Below, piece after piece: positions 27,783 through 42,400 of a stretch of DNA of 64,000 nucleotides. A program made the translations under genes and the position numbers. This DNA comes from Welwitschia mirabilis (Eukaryota): assembly GCA_051453625.1 (NCBI GenBank), contig JBOZIK010000001.1, forward strand, positions 31,596,447-31,660,446, written 5' to 3'. The stretch's first letter is position 1, and each line of letters starts with the position of its first letter. The notes beneath the pieces are model-generated. The model saw nothing but the letters and a program-made list of their open reading frames with translations. It ran no database searches and was not told the origin of the DNA.

Positions 27783-28800
27783 AACTAACATATTTTTAGC
27801 TCAAGTAGATTTTACTTGCACATGGATATTACTACACCTTAGAGACTAAAGAGTTTTACCATATTATGCATACAGAGAGGCATTTTAATGCTTGTAACTA
27901 TCTTTTTGACATGATTATAACTACCATTCATGACCACAAGATATCTATTCTTTCAAGATCAATCACTACTATTACTGACTACGATGACATTAGACATATA
28001 CATATTCATTCAGCTAGCGGAATGGAGGAGTGTCATGCTTATGGTGCAGCATTAGACATATCAATTGATCTAAATAGTGATAGATAAGGTGTTTTAATAA
28101 TACATTTATTACATGCCTATTAGAATCTTTATAGAGAGCTAATCCATAACATCAACAAATTATTCCATAATAGTCATGTCATGGTCACTTATATTTAGAT
28201 GCTAGTAATATTTAGATTGATGTAGTAAATGGATTTACTAACCTTTATTTCGAAGATACTCAAGGGTATGATTGAGACATGATAGTTATAGAATCTAGGA
28301 TATTATTACCTTCTCTTAACTATGTTTATATGTTTCAATATGTCTAAGCATGTGAGTGAGTAGAGACTCATGTATCTTTAGACTTCAGCTCATTACCTAT
28401 AGGACATAGGCATTCAGATTCTAGAAGAGATAGAAAGAGCTAAGGTTTAAAGATCTATGGTTGGTATCATCATTAATTAGATTCATTCTCTTCTAGTATA
28501 TACTACATAGGGTATTACAGAGGTTATAGACCAAGGCTCACCATGCTTAAGCAGAGGATATTCATGGTTAAGAGGAGAGTTCAACACATCAAGAAGTAGC
28601 TGATTGATATGTGACAGTGCATATTATGCATTAAGAATAATGTAACAGATGACCTTCCATAGGCCAGCAGAGTGTAGGGAGATAAAACAATATGCTTCAT
28701 TATGACATGACTTAATCATCATTTCCCTGTAGATCTTGAGCACTCTCCATCTTCTCCATCTACACCTAAGCCTACTGCGCATCAGAAATTTATTTTAGCA
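27783..28800 (+). pseudogene. Remainder of the env-like extra ORF of element C
   Basis: Includes 'TKEFYHIMHTERHF' and ORF 27866-28087. It sits between pol and the PPT, and its nucleotide sequence resembles 8640-9600(-). Confidence 0.6.
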
Positions 28801-29353
28801 TGATAAGAGAAGTGATTTATTATGTTGAATTATGTATCTTTTCTTTGTAAATTATATTAAAAACTCATATTTTTATAGACATATTATTTTTTGAGTATCA
28901 CCATGATGTACATTTCTATTACTAAGATATTATGCACATATTTTACATATCATTTTTAACGTTACATGATGATAATTTTTCTTATGTTATACATGATTAT
29001 TTTATGATATATGATACATTTTAGTAGAGGGCTATTAAACTTATTATGTTTTAATGTATATCTTTTTAAAAATTTTTTTGCAGTATTCTACTTTTCAAGA
29101 ATAATCTTTGAGTCTATCATCGCCTCCATCTTTCAGATAACCACTAGGACAATAGTATGACCACTTGCTCTACATAAGTGAAATGTTTAGTTATCTATTT
29201 TTGATGTTTTTATTCTACATTTTAAGATTTATGAGATTATTTATAAGTGTAGTTTATAGTTACCTAATTGATTTATTATTAGTTAATTTGGCTCACAATC
29301 ATGGTTGTTAACCTAGTTTTATCAGGGACTAATAAGACTAGGTTGAGGGGCTA

Positions 29354-30599
29354 TGTTGTGTTACCAAATTATATGTATTTGATAGGGTATTTTGAGTAGT
29401 TTTGTAGGACATTAGATAAATTTATGCTAAGTTTTGATGATAATAGAAAGATAAGGTAAATATCATAAAGACATGCAATATTCATTACATTTGATAGCAT
29501 TTCAAATAAATTACAATACTTTCTATCTAAGGACTAATCATTAATCAAAGAGGTTGATTTGACATAGGAAACATCTTTCCAAAACTGTTGTTCACCTAAT
29601 TATTTAGATGATAGTACAATGGAAAAAGAGCTCATGATACGCAGGACACTTACTAGATTAATTTGGCAACTAAAATGGATTCTGTATGATGTGGCATTAT
29701 CTTCTATGATGTCTAGACAACTAGATGGATGATACCTAAAAATAATACTTTACCAAACCTTTTCCATGTGTCATGTACCTTCTTGTGTAGTTATTAGGGT
29801 TTTATCACATTTGTTAGTATTTGCTATTTTTAGATTCTTTATTTGTAATAAATACCTTTCTCAACCTTGACTCTAACTTTATCTTTTTTAGCACTAGAAA
29901 TTCTTGTGACAAGAAATTAAAGGGTAGCAGATCCATCCATTTTTATTGTAGAGAAATATCTTCCTTGATGTTGGACTATGTATCCTTCATTGAGGTGCTG
30001 CTACTTTGTAACATGAATGTTGATTGGACTTAATCAAAAGTCTTTCTTTTTATATCATTTATTATATACATCTTTCTTATGGTTTTTATTACTTTTGATT
30101 TTATTATAGCTTCATATATGATATAGATCATGAGGATAAACTATGTTAAGGTTGATATTATTAGTTTAGGTGCATTACATTTTATTCCCTGGATAAACTT
30201 GGTATTGTTTTCATATTCTGTTTGACACATGTAATAGCTTAGGTTGATCATGATTTGGTGATGGCGTTTGTTCATTGATCTATATTATATAGGAATAATA
30301 TTTATGATAGATTGATTTTTTAATCGAATAGATGTTACATTTAGAATAGATCTTGCATCTCATTTGCATAGTATATTCACTTGTATTGTTACTTTGCATT
30401 ATTATTTTGTTTTACTTAGAGAGTACATTAATATTTCACTTGAAATCAATTCTCTTTTTTCTTGCCTATCCCTTTGATGGACTTACAACATTTGGATCAC
30501 TCCTATCTATATTAGTATGTTGTGTTTATAATATATATATTTTTGTAATTTTCAGAATTTGTTTAAGGATGTAACATTTTACAAATATGTATTACAACA
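29354..30599 (+). repeat. 3' LTR of element C (1246 bp)
   Basis: The PPT ...ggttgaggggcta is followed by tgttgtg...tacaaca with TGTTG/CAACA inverted termini. Related to the A/B LTRs and to 31824-33050. Confidence 0.88.
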
Positions 30600-30779
30600 T
30601 AGTACTAGTTCTATTATTATTTTTTTAAGCATTAAAACCAAGTTAAAACAATTTTAATTAAGTGTCAGTTTAGAATAAAAACCAAGTTAACATAAATAAG
30701 ATTTTATATTAATCTTTTTATTAAGTATAAAAGTTATTATAATAAGAGAAAATTCAATTACAATGTAGCTATAAAAACT

Positions 30780-31823
30780 AAAAAAGTATAGGTGGAGAAG
30801 GGTAAATGAGAAAGATAGATCACGAAATTTAGCTTATAAATCTTCTATGAGAAGCAAGCTTTTCAAATTTTGATCCATCTCTTTGTGTTTCTTTAATATC
30901 TCCTTTTTCTTCTTAGCAATCTTTTCATTTCCCCTTATATATTTCTAATCCAACTCCTTTGTGACTTGAGTACTTCATCTAAGAAGGTATTACTTAAAGT
31001 AGTTAAGGAATGATGATGAGTAATGAAACAAGTAGCAACAGAAGGTGTATAAGAAGGGGGATGAGAAGATTCACTAATAGGATCTTCCTCCTTTCTTCTT
31101 ATAGTGGTTAGATAATAGGAAGATGAAGGAGCTTCAAGAGAAGGGGAAGTTCTTTAAGGATTTTTTTTCCTTCTTCTTAAATCTTCTTAAGACCACTTGG
31201 AGTTCAATCTTCATTTTTATACTTGATAAGTTGGATAGTCTTTTTAGGGATTATGGATTCTATGAGGGTCCTCTTCCATCCCTCCAAGTATAGAGTATAA
31301 ACTAAGGCATTATAAATCAAGTTTAAAAGTAAGAATGGGAGGAAAATATTACTCCTCTGGTCCACATTATCTACTATAGTGATAAAATGAAATTTGGCAT
31401 GTTAAAGGAATTTATTATCTTAAATGATCCTAATCATATTAGAATGACTATGGTAGGCATTAGTTACATGTGACATAGGAAAAACCTTTTAAATGATAAA
31501 TTTAAAAATAACATCCCTTTTCTGTTTGATGCATATTCAACATTCAATGTAGCACAATAATAACTGAGGTATTTGGTGAGAAAATAAGGTAAATTATCAT
31601 GATGTTTAACTCCTATTAAAGCTTCTACATCATTAAGAGAAATAAACCAAAAAAGTGTAATAAATGAAAGAATGGATTACCAAGGGTTATCTTTATCTAT
31701 TATTACATTTTAATAGAACTTCAAAACTGCCCTTGACAAGTAGTAAGTGACATCTTCCTTTAACAAGTAGTTTCAATTTATTACCTTAATTTTATTAACA
31801 TAGAAAGATGCAAATAAAGATGG
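30780..31823 (-). pseudogene. Minus-strand env-like/extra ORF remnant, possibly the 3' part of element E
   Basis: Minus-strand translation gives 'KVFPMSHVTNAY', then a Pro/Ser-rich linker 'SPSLEAPSSS...DPISESSHPPSYTPSV', then a charged coiled-coil-like tail. This layout is typical of Athila extra ORFs. Confidence 0.5.
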
Positions 31824-33050
31824 AAATTTATAGGATTTTGATGGGGTATTTTGAGTGCTTTTGTAGGACATTTATACATGTTTAGGTGAAATTATAATGA
31901 TTATAGAGAATCAAATAATCCTTAAAACATGAAATTTTTAGCATATTTGAGGCATATTAGACTTATTCTAATGCTTCATGTCTTGATGAAAAGATTAATA
32001 ATATAGAATATTGATTTCTCTTAAGCTAAAAAGATAAGGAGACCTATCATCTCCTCTGTTATCTCCATGATAGTTAGGACAACACTACTACAAATATGGA
32101 CTAAGCTAAAAATTTTATTATAGGCTTAAAGCAAGTGGATCACCTCATCTTATAGAGTATCATCCCTAGTGTCCTCCCTATGATAGTCAGGATGACAACT
32201 ATTTTGCATGGACAGAAAGAATTATCTTTGTAATGGATCATGCAACCCATGTCAATTGCTAGGGTTTCTTCTTTGACTTTTAGGGTTTTGATTTTAGAAC
32301 TTTAATGTAAAACTATAAATACCCCCTTTTTTCTTTACTTTCATTTCCATAATTTGTACATGATATTCTTGTGATGGAAGATTGAAGGACAAGAGGCTCA
32401 TCCATTAGCTACAGAGAGAATATTTCCTTGGTGTTGGGCTGCGTATTCGTCATTGAGTTGTTGCTACTTTGTTATAAGCGGATGTTTAATTGATGATTAA
32501 TTTAAGAACTATTTTCATTAATATTATGTGAATCTCCCTTATGGTTTAAGTTGATTATAATTTGGTATAGCTTCATAGTTTTTCTAGATCATAAGGACAA
32601 CCTTTGTTAAGTTGACATTATTCGTTTAGATCCTACATTGCATTTCATTTTATTCCATTTTCATATGCATTTATTCATATTTTGTTTAATATATCTTATA
32701 GCTTATGTTGATTATAGATAAGTAAAAACTCTTGCTAATTAATCTAAGTTATAAGGATTAATCTTGATAATAAGAAGATTGGTAGTAAAATAGATTCATC
32801 ATTCATCCATTTTCATTTCATCTTCATTCATCTTGCATTATATTTTCATTATTTTTTACTTTAATTTACTAAAGGAAAAAGATTAAAAAAACTTTCTGAG
32901 ATCAATTCTATAACTTCTAGCCTAGTGCCTTTGATGGATTACAACATTTAGATTGACTTCTGTCTATACAAGTGTGTGTTTTCCTCCAAGTATTGTGATT
33001 TACAAGTTCTCCCTAAGGACTTAAAGATTATATGAATCCACACAATAATA
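31824..33050 (+). repeat. 5' LTR of element D (first ~12 nt missing)
   Basis: Aligns with 29366-30599, ends cacaataata and is followed by tataccatttttggggaa. Confidence 0.8.
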
Positions 33051-33529
33051 TTTTTATACCATTTTTGGGGAAGGACATAAGAAGCTTGAAAATTATTACT
33101 ATTTAGATAAGTGCCTTAGATTTTAGTTTAGGTTATTTATTTGAAATAGTGCTATATTTTCATTCTAAGTTTAGTAGGTTTTTTTTTTGGTAATTTTTGT
33201 TTTCTGTAGCTTTAAAAAAAGTATTGTCATCCCCTCAATCATTCACATGATACTTAGAATGATAGTTATATATTTTTAAATTTATTTTCTTTTTTTGTAA
33301 AATTTTCTTTCTTTTGATAGCTATAATAAAATAATGTTGTCTTTTGTATTGTCTCCATGAAAAGATGGACAACAGTCTATTTTTCATATTATGGCAATTT
33401 TTCTCTGTTTTCATCAATTCTTTGTGATTGTGATCATTGTTCCTCCCATCATTCCCATGATAAGGTAAGTAACTATTATTTATTTTTTTTCTATTTTTGT
33501 TTTCTATCTAAAGTATGTGGGGGCATTGT

Positions 33530-36500
33530 AAATTATAGTAAAAAATAAAATATCAAAAAGAGTAAAACTTAATTAAGGAAAATATTAGAGAAGGATTATT
33601 TGACTTTGAGAAAAATCTAGGTACACACATCCTAAGTATGCAAATTCTAAGAATTGAAGAAGAATATTTTTCTACTTTTATTATTTCAGAGTTAAATTTC
33701 TAAAATAAAATTATAAAAATAATAGTACAAAAGGAGATAATATCATTTCTTTTTCATCTATATCGAAATCATCATAATAATAAAAAATAAGTTGTTTCAT
33801 CTAGTATACCAATCATGGTAGGAACTTCAACTTCAAATGAAAATTCTATGCTTCTAAATTTAATTTCTAATAAAAAAATGAAATCTAAAATTCTTATAAT
33901 TTACCTACTAGTGATAATATAGGATTAAGAAACCTGAGTGTCTATCCAACATTTTTAATGAAACTAAAGAGGAACCTTTTCAAAATCCAGATGAATTTAA
34001 ACAACTTGTACTTATCTTAGTAAATGAAAAGAAATGCAGTAGTGATCATACTTACATGATTATTGTTTCTATCATACTTAGAGAAAAGGCAAAACTTTGC
34101 TTTAAAACCATTTCCCATAAGAGTCTTAAATCATAGAGTTAAGTGCAAGAATTTTTTATTAAAAGATTTTTGAGTGAGAGTACCATGTGAAAAAGAAGAA
34201 AGGAATTTATTAACTTTTAATAACAACCTTATGAGAATTATTCTATAACTTATGAGCATTTCATCATAGCTACCCATTCCAACCTTGTTGATGAATTATG
34301 AAAAGAAGAATTGATAGATTATTTCTATAGTGGATTGACTATTCAAACTAAATAACTTGTAGATTTTTCTTGTATTGGCAACTTTATGAACTTGATTTTA
34401 GATGATGCATGAAATGCATTAGCAAATTTAGTAGAGAAAAGTTAAACTTAGCCAAAACGCACTTCTAAGGAAAATTGAATTGTAGGCCAAATAATAAAAG
34501 AGTTAAAAGAAATAAAACGTGATAAAGAAGAAGAGAAAGATCATTCAACCAACACGATTAAATATTTCACTACCACTTTGGAGAAGTACACTTAAATGAT
34601 AGCTGATGAAAAGATAGTAAAAGAGGAAAACACAACTTCAACATGTGATATATGTGAAGACAACTCTCNNNNNNNNNNNNNNNNNNNNNNNNNNNNNNNN
34701 NNNNNNNNNNNNNNNNNNNNNNNNNNNNNNNNNNNNNNNNNNNNNNNNNNNNNNNNNNNNNNNNNNNNNNNNNNNNNNNNNNNNNNNNNNNNNNNNNNNN
34801 NNNNNNNNNNNNNNNNNNNNNNNNNNNNNNNNNNNNNNNNNNNNNNNNNNNNNNNNNNNNNNNNNNNNNNNNNNNNNNNNNNNNNNNNNNNNNNNNNNNN
34901 NNNNNNNNNNNNNNNNNNNNNNNNNNNNNNNNNNNNNNNNNNNNNNNNNNNNNNNNNNNNNNNNNNNNNNNNNNNNNNNNNNNNNNNNNNNNNNNNNNNN
35001 NNNNNNNNNNNNNNNNNNNNNNNNNNNNNNNNNNNNNNNNNNNNNNNNNNNNNNNNNNNNNNNNNNNNNNNNNNNNNNNNNNNNNNNNNNNNNNNNNNNN
35101 NNNNNNNNNNNNNNNNNNNNNNNNNNNNNNNNNNNNNNNNNNNNNNNNNNNNNNNNNNNNNNNNNNNNNNNNNNNNNNNNNNNNNNNNNNNNNNNNNNNN
35201 NNNNNNNNNNNNNNNNNNNNNNNNNNNNNNNNNNNNNNNNNNNNNNNNNNNNNNNNNNNNNNNNNNNNNNNNNNNNNNNNNNNNNNNNNNNNNNNNNNNN
35301 NNNNNNNNNNNNNNNNNNNNNNNNNNNNNNNNNNNNNNNNNNNNNNNNNNNNNNNNNNNNNNNNNNNNNNNNNNNNNNNNNNNNNNNNNNNNNNNNNNNN
35401 NNNNNNNNNNNNNNNNNNNNNNNNNNNNNNNNNNNNNNNNNNNNNNNNNNNNNNNNNNNNNNNNNNNNNNNNNNNNNNNNNNNNNNNNNNNNNNNNNNNN
35501 NNNNNNNNNNNNNNNNNNNNNNNNNNNNNNNNNNNNNNNNNNNNNNNNNNNNNNNNNNNNNNNNATGTGATATTTGTGAAGATAACTCTTATCAAACTAA
35601 AGAACACCTTTTATTTCCAACTAGTAAAGAGAGGATGTTTAAGGAAGTATGTACATTTAATCAAAGAACACCTAACTTTAAAATTTAATTACAATTTCAA
35701 CAAAGATTGGATGAATAATAATATTGGAAACATTTTCAAAAAAGATTTAGGAATTCAAACTTTTAACCAAATAAACCCAATCTTCAACCAAATCAAAATG
35801 ATTCACTTAGAGATTCAATAGAAGAATTGAAAAAGATGCAATAAATGACTAATAATAATATTTGAAACTTAGTAAATATGCTTTAACAAATAATGTTATT
35901 TAATCAAATATCATAAGAGTCTCTTACATCTTAACCTTTACCCACCCCAAATGAAATCAAGAGAGATTTGAAGGTAGCAACAAGAAGTGAAAATGATACA
36001 ACACCTCTTACCCATGAGATTTCAACTTCCAAAAACAATGAAAAAAGTAATGAAGAAGATGATGTAGAAATTTTAGATACATATATCTTCCCTTTAACAT
36101 TAAATGCTAAGCCCACTACTAAATATTCTTTATAAGAAAATAAAGAAAGAAACCATCTACTTCCTGGATTAATAGGTTAAAGATAAATCCTACTATGATA
36201 AGTACTTGAAGGCCTTGATGAAAGAGGTAAATATTAGCTTACATTTTTGGAAACTCTTACAAGAAAATTCTAAATATTCTAGGTTGTGAAAAGACCTAGT
36301 TAGAAGGAAACGAAAACATACCATTTCTATTAAGGTCTTATTTGCTCAATCTATTTTCGACTTAGTCATGAAAAAGTTCCCTAAATTCAAGGACCTAAGA
36401 TAGCAATAGTGAGTGTTACCTTGGAAGGAAATAAAATAATTCAAAAAGCTTTATTAACATAGAAGCTAATGTAAACATCATGCCTCTTTACATATATAAA

Positions 36501-37800
36501 AGATTTCAGTTAGAAATTAAAGTGGAACCTACATGAATCATGTTGTAATTGATTAATACTTTAATTAAGAAACCCTTAGGGATTATCAAGGACTTAGTTA
36601 TCCAAATAGAAAAAGCTTTCTACCTCATAGATATGGCTATCATTAAGGTATAACATAATGGAGGTTATTCAGTACTCTTAGAAAGAGCCTTTTATGAAAC
36701 TACTCATGATATCATTGACACATGAACCGAAATGATGGAATGTCATATAGGTAATAAGAAGCTTACCATTAAAGTTTTTAATTCTGCTAAAAAAGAAATA
36801 AGAGACGAGTATAACTTAAAAATAAATATTAAATCAACCTTATTTTTATAGCATCATCCAATTAAGGAGATATTGATAATGCTATACAAACTAACTTTAT
36901 ATGATGACCCAAATGAAATATACTATCTTAAGCATAAGGATGAGGAATTTTTTAACTATGAGGAACTCCAACATGTTTACTCAATGGAAAAAATTTTTTT
37001 AATGGTGTTATCCCTTGATGTCATCCTGACAACATCTTGAGATGACATTCATTAATGGAAATTCAGTATCCAAACTTAAAAATTCCAACTTAAAATTGAA
37101 GGAGCTGTCCAAAGGCATAAAATATATTTTTCTATCCAAAAATCCAAATAAACCTTTGAAAATAAATAACCTTATTACTCCTCAATAGGAATTCAAATTG
37201 ATATAACTTTTGAATTCTAAGGAAGATGCTTTTTCTTGGGCCCATAAAGGCTTAGCTACCATTCCTCTCTCCATAGTTTAACACAAAATCTACCTTGAGG
37301 ATAATACTAAACTAATTAGAAAATCCCAATGAAGGCTTGACCTAGCCCTTAAGTAAGTACTCAAAGATGAAATTATTAAACTTATGAATGCTAGGATCAT
37401 CTATCGATATATCCGATAGTGAATGGGTTAGCCCTTTGATAGTAGTTCCAAAAAGGTGTGGGAAATGAAGAATATGCATTGATTAAAAAAACTTAATGAG
37501 GTATCTAACAAGGATCATTAACCTTTACCCTTTCTTGATTAAGTGCTTGATAGAATTCAAGGATATGCTTACTATTGTTTTCTCAATGGGTATAGTAGCT
37601 ACAATCAAGTTTGCATAGTAAGTGAAGAGTAAGCAAAAACAACTTTTACCTTTCCCTTTGGAACTTTTACCTTTAGAATAATTCTTTATAAACTTTGTAA
37701 TGCCCCTAGGACATTTTAATGAGCAATAATGAGGATACTTTTTGACATGATAGAGGATTCTATTAAAATCTTTATGGATAACGTCTCCATCTCTGGTTCC
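33530..37800 (+). pseudogene. Degenerate gag-protease-RT (truncated) of element D
   Basis: 'CDICEDNSYQTKEH', 'EANVNIMPLYIYK', RT 'DSEWVSPLIVVPK..GK*RICID' (~37415), 'LNGYSSYNQV', 'FMDN' (37771-37782), then an abrupt end. Confidence 0.9.
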
Positions 37801-39499
37801 CTTAAATGATAAAATTAAGAAAGGAAGGGAAAAAATGGAAATGAAAGAGAGATAAAGAAGAAAGTTCAGAAAGTAAAAAAAAATGAATTAAAAGAAATTA
37901 GAAGGATTTTGAATTTAGTAAAAAGCTCACCAATGAATTGAGAAACCAGAGGATTCTAAAACAAAACCACAATAAAAAATTATACATACCTAGAGAAAGA
38001 TAGACAATAATACCAGTGAGGGTAGGTGGTAGTACCAGTAAGGTCTAGATATATAGGTTAAGTGAACACGAGGTTGATTGCAATAGCATGAGGATCATAG
38101 AAAATGTAAGTACTCAATGTAAATGGCTCAAGAAGCATAGGTTTTATATAAATTACATGAAATTTGGACAATTGGATAACTAAGGTTTATCAATGGTTTA
38201 AATCAAATTTTACCTTATATTTAGAAATGGAAAGAGGAGTAAAATTATAAAAACACATACTTATTTCTTAGTGGACTTTTTCATAGAAGGAAAAACAAAT
38301 GAATTTGGCTTGATATAGATGATGAAAGTAAACGTTATGATAGTGATGTAAAATGGATGAATGAAATGATAAAACCTACTATGCATCTTATGAAAAAATG
38401 AAACATGATGAAGACAAGCTAATGATCTTATTTATTTGCATAATTTTGGGTGGACCATTTATCAAATAAAATAAAAGTATTAATTAGTAAATCCTTGTAA
38501 TTCACAAGTATTCAAAGAATCTTAAGTTTAATTTGTTTAAATAATCAAACAAAATATCTCTCTAATTTTAGCTTAATTTCATTCCATTATCCTTCCTCTT
38601 TTATAAGCATCCAAGTTTTAAGCATTTGATCATATTGAGCATTTAGTATTATGATACTTCCTAATAATAGATTTAACATATTATACTAGAACATTCTAGT
38701 GCTATCTTATCAGTAGGTGTCTGATGTACTTAACTAAACCCAATAGAAATGATCATAAAAAAATGTATTAATAGAGTTTTTTTTTTTTAAATATTTGGTT
38801 TGCTCTTATTATATATTTCTGTGTATGTATGTATGTGTGTATGAAATTTTCATAGCTCATGAAAGGGGTCATTATCTCATTAGATTAATAGATAAATGAT
38901 CTCATAATGATGAGTTGTTTAAAATAAAGAAATAATATAAAAGAGGAGATCCACCTTTTCATTGATTCAAAATTAGAGATCTCTAATGCATATAATTCTT
39001 AATAAAAGAACTCAAAAATCCAAAGAACTAGCTAATAAAAAAGTAAAAACCTAAAGAATCTTAAATAAACTTTGAAAATCTAAAGGATACCTCTAATCAT
39101 GGATTAAAAAAAAAGACCATTTACCAAGATCATTGAGTTTCATGAACTCATACAGTGATGGAAGGGACAAATAAAATGTAGGTAATAAAGGGTTATGTGG
39201 AGGTTATTTGAATACATGAAAATGACTAGTTTAATTTAAACTTCTCGAGGCTATAGTAGATAACTCCAATTTAAGATCATTTAATAAATTGAGTTAGGTT
39301 TACAAGAAGGATGATCAACTATGGATGACAAGTAAAATTTGAAGGATTAGGGATTTTATATTTAAAATAATAAGATGGATGATCAAGTAACAAATTAGTC
39401 CTATAATTTTTTTCATGATAAGGCTTCATACATAAGATAAAAAACTAAAAAATGGTATGCGAAGAATACTTACTAGAATTTAAATATTTCAGATCATCA

Positions 39500-42400
39500 G
39501 AGGATCATTATATTCTTTTCTTTACTTAATCAACAATTTTTGTAGAACATTTTTCCTAAAGACATTGATGAATAAGAAATCAATAAAAAAGTAGAGTAAT
39601 CATCAAAGATATATCTTAAATATTCAATAGATAAGTCCATATCAAAATATAAACCATTTTTAATATTAACATATGGATCATAATCAAAAAAGAGTAAAGA
39701 AAGAGAGGAAATGTTTTTCTCATATGAACAAGAATTAAGATTGTCATCAAAACTTTAATGAACTCTAATCCTTTTAAATCATGAGGTTGTTTCATGGTGT
39801 TGTACTATGTATTTATAGAATAATTTGTATTCAAAAGGATTATATCATTCATAAATAAAATAGATGTATTTGAATAATACAACATACTAGTATAGTTGAA
39901 AGTGAAACCAGATGTTATATTCTTATTGAAAACAATGAGCTGAGACTAAGGATTTCTTTTCACAAAGGAAATGATAACTAGAATTAAATAATAATGTAGG
40001 AAATAAAAGATGTAATGCAAGTGCAAAATGCAAATAACTAAATGCAATGTAAAATAAAACTAAACTAATTTCTTTTAGCATTAACAAAAGCTGTTCTTAA
40101 TGATCTATGTCATCTAAGAAATTGTCACTAGATCAAGGGCAACATAAACCATAAGATCCATCTAACAAAATATAAAAACATGAAAACTAAGTTTATATTA
40201 AAGAGTAACAACATCTTGGTTACAAAACAACTAGGCCTCAATGAAGGATACATATCCCACCACCAAGGAAACTTCTCTATGTAACCCTCGAGAAGGATCT
40301 CCCACACTTCGATATCCTATCATGAGAATTTTTAGTACAATGAAGATAGATAAAAGAGTTGAAGAGGGACTTATTTATAGAGTTATAGACTGCAAAATGA
40401 CAAATAGAAGGCACTATAATATGCATTTTTTTACAGAGAAGAAATGAATGAAATAGAAAAGGGTTGATTATTAGAGTTAGTTACAATGTTAATATCATCC
40501 TAACTATCATCCAGATGACATATGGTATGATAGCTTTTACAGTAGATAACTCATCAGATGACTTAGCAGTGTGTCAGTAGTCTATATCAGCATTGAAATA
40601 TGTCATTGTCTTGCCTTTCATGAGGATAATAGAGGGGACAATAGTCTACTTTAATCATTTTATTGAGGAGAAGCGAGCATTTTTTAATCAAAAATCTTCT
40701 TCTATATCCATGAGTATCAAAATGTGCTATAAATGTCTTAAATATTGTTAAGAATTACGTATTTCCAAGATCTTCAATTAATTTTTTAGAATCCTCAGAA
40801 TTGCACCTAAACCTATGTAAATGTCCTACAAAATCCCCATCAAATAATCACAAATTGGTAGTGCAACACATTGTATTAAATATATTCAACTTAATAGTTA
40901 TGTTACTAAATGAAATATTCAGAAGACCATTTTTACAATTAATAAGAGCATTATAAGTATCAAGAAAAGGTCTTTTGAAGATGACTAACATGGTATGACT
41001 TCCATTTTTCTTCGAATATCCAAAACTAAAAAAATCCATAGGAAAGTAGCAATTTTCCACTTGAACAATCACATCCCTTATTATGCTAAAGGTTTGTTTT
41101 AAAATCTCGTTGACCAACTGTAATTTGAATTTAGTATTTTTAAATTCATTTAAATACTATAAAGTAAAATATTATTACTAGCTCCAAAATCTAATAAGGC
41201 TTATTAAAAGTTAGTATTTACAATTGTAATTGCTATGGTATGGAATCCTGGATCTTTGTATTTTAAGGGATTTAGCTTTGAATAATAGAACTAGTTTGTT
41301 AAGTAAGAAAGAGTTTACTTTTTACATTCATCCTTCTTTTGGTAGTGTATAGATCTTTAAATAATTTAGCATAGGAGGGTACTTATGTGATGAATTTTAA
41401 AAGAGGGATATTAATCTTTACTTCCTTGAAAATTTATGATAGTTCTTATTTATTCTTAGTCAACTAATCTTTTCTAAGATGTAAGTTGGAATAACTTCTT
41501 TTACCTTATATTTCTTTCCTAGCTCTTTTTCACTTCTTAACCAACTTTGTTCTATTTCTTTTTCTTGTGGTTATTTTTCTTCTACCTTTTTGTTGATTTT
41601 TTTCCCCACTTCTTAAATGGATAACATTGTTTTTCTTAATTTTTAAGTCCTCCATCAACTTATAACTATTAGGGTTAGGCTCATGTAGAGAATAAAGCCT
41701 ATCCTTTTTACATTGGATGAGTGATGTAAAGATATGTATAGTAGTTTGACTTAGTTGTTACTTTTTGTGCTCTACCTTTTATAATGTGAAAGATGTTTGT
41801 TAATTAAATTATTGTTATGATGTATTAATGTGATGTTGAATCTCTCCAAACTTATAAATTATAGCCTATAAAGATTTATAAGTTGAGAGGAAATTTAAAT
41901 TCTTAGGTTAACTAGTTGGGGATTAGCTAAAATTATCTTATTTTCATGAGAAGTTTGGGTAATTCATCTATCCAAGGTTGTAAGTGTTGAAGTAGGGATT
42001 TTTTATTCTTTGATTTTATCATTTTTATATTATGGTATTAACTTGTTCTTTCACTACATCTTAAAAAATGATAATAAATAAAAAATCATAAGATTCAAAA
42101 GTATTCACAAGAAAAATATTACAATTAAGAGATAGAGTAATGGGTTTAGGTTTGGTACTAAGAATTTTAATCTTTGTAGAAAGGTCTTCCAACTTTTGAT
42201 TGACTTCATTATTATCAAGGATTTTGAAGATACTAGTAAAGCTAACAGTTTGTTGTGATCTTGTGATACATTTGTTTTTCTCCATTCATAGAACATTTAG
42301 ATATAGTTTTAAGAAGATCTTATGTTTCATTAGTTTCTAACTCTAGAAATCGTTCTCTACATATCATCCCCATAAATGGCTTATGGTTGGATGAAAGTCC

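Larger units (their letters stand above)
10856..30599 (+). mobile_element. Element C: formerly autonomous Athila retrotransposon (gag-pol, env-like ORF, 3' LTR), 5' LTR missing, interrupted by element B
   Basis: Domain order PR-RT-RH-IN, then a long non-coding region, an env-like ORF split by B, the PPT at ~29335-29353 and the LTR at 29354-30599. Confidence 0.8.
31824..37800 (+). mobile_element. Element D: truncated Athila element (LTR-PBS-gag-PR-partial RT), C-like family
   Basis: LTR ~31824-33050, decayed PBS ~33055-33072, and gag-pol collinear with C up to the RT catalytic motif. Confidence 0.85.
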
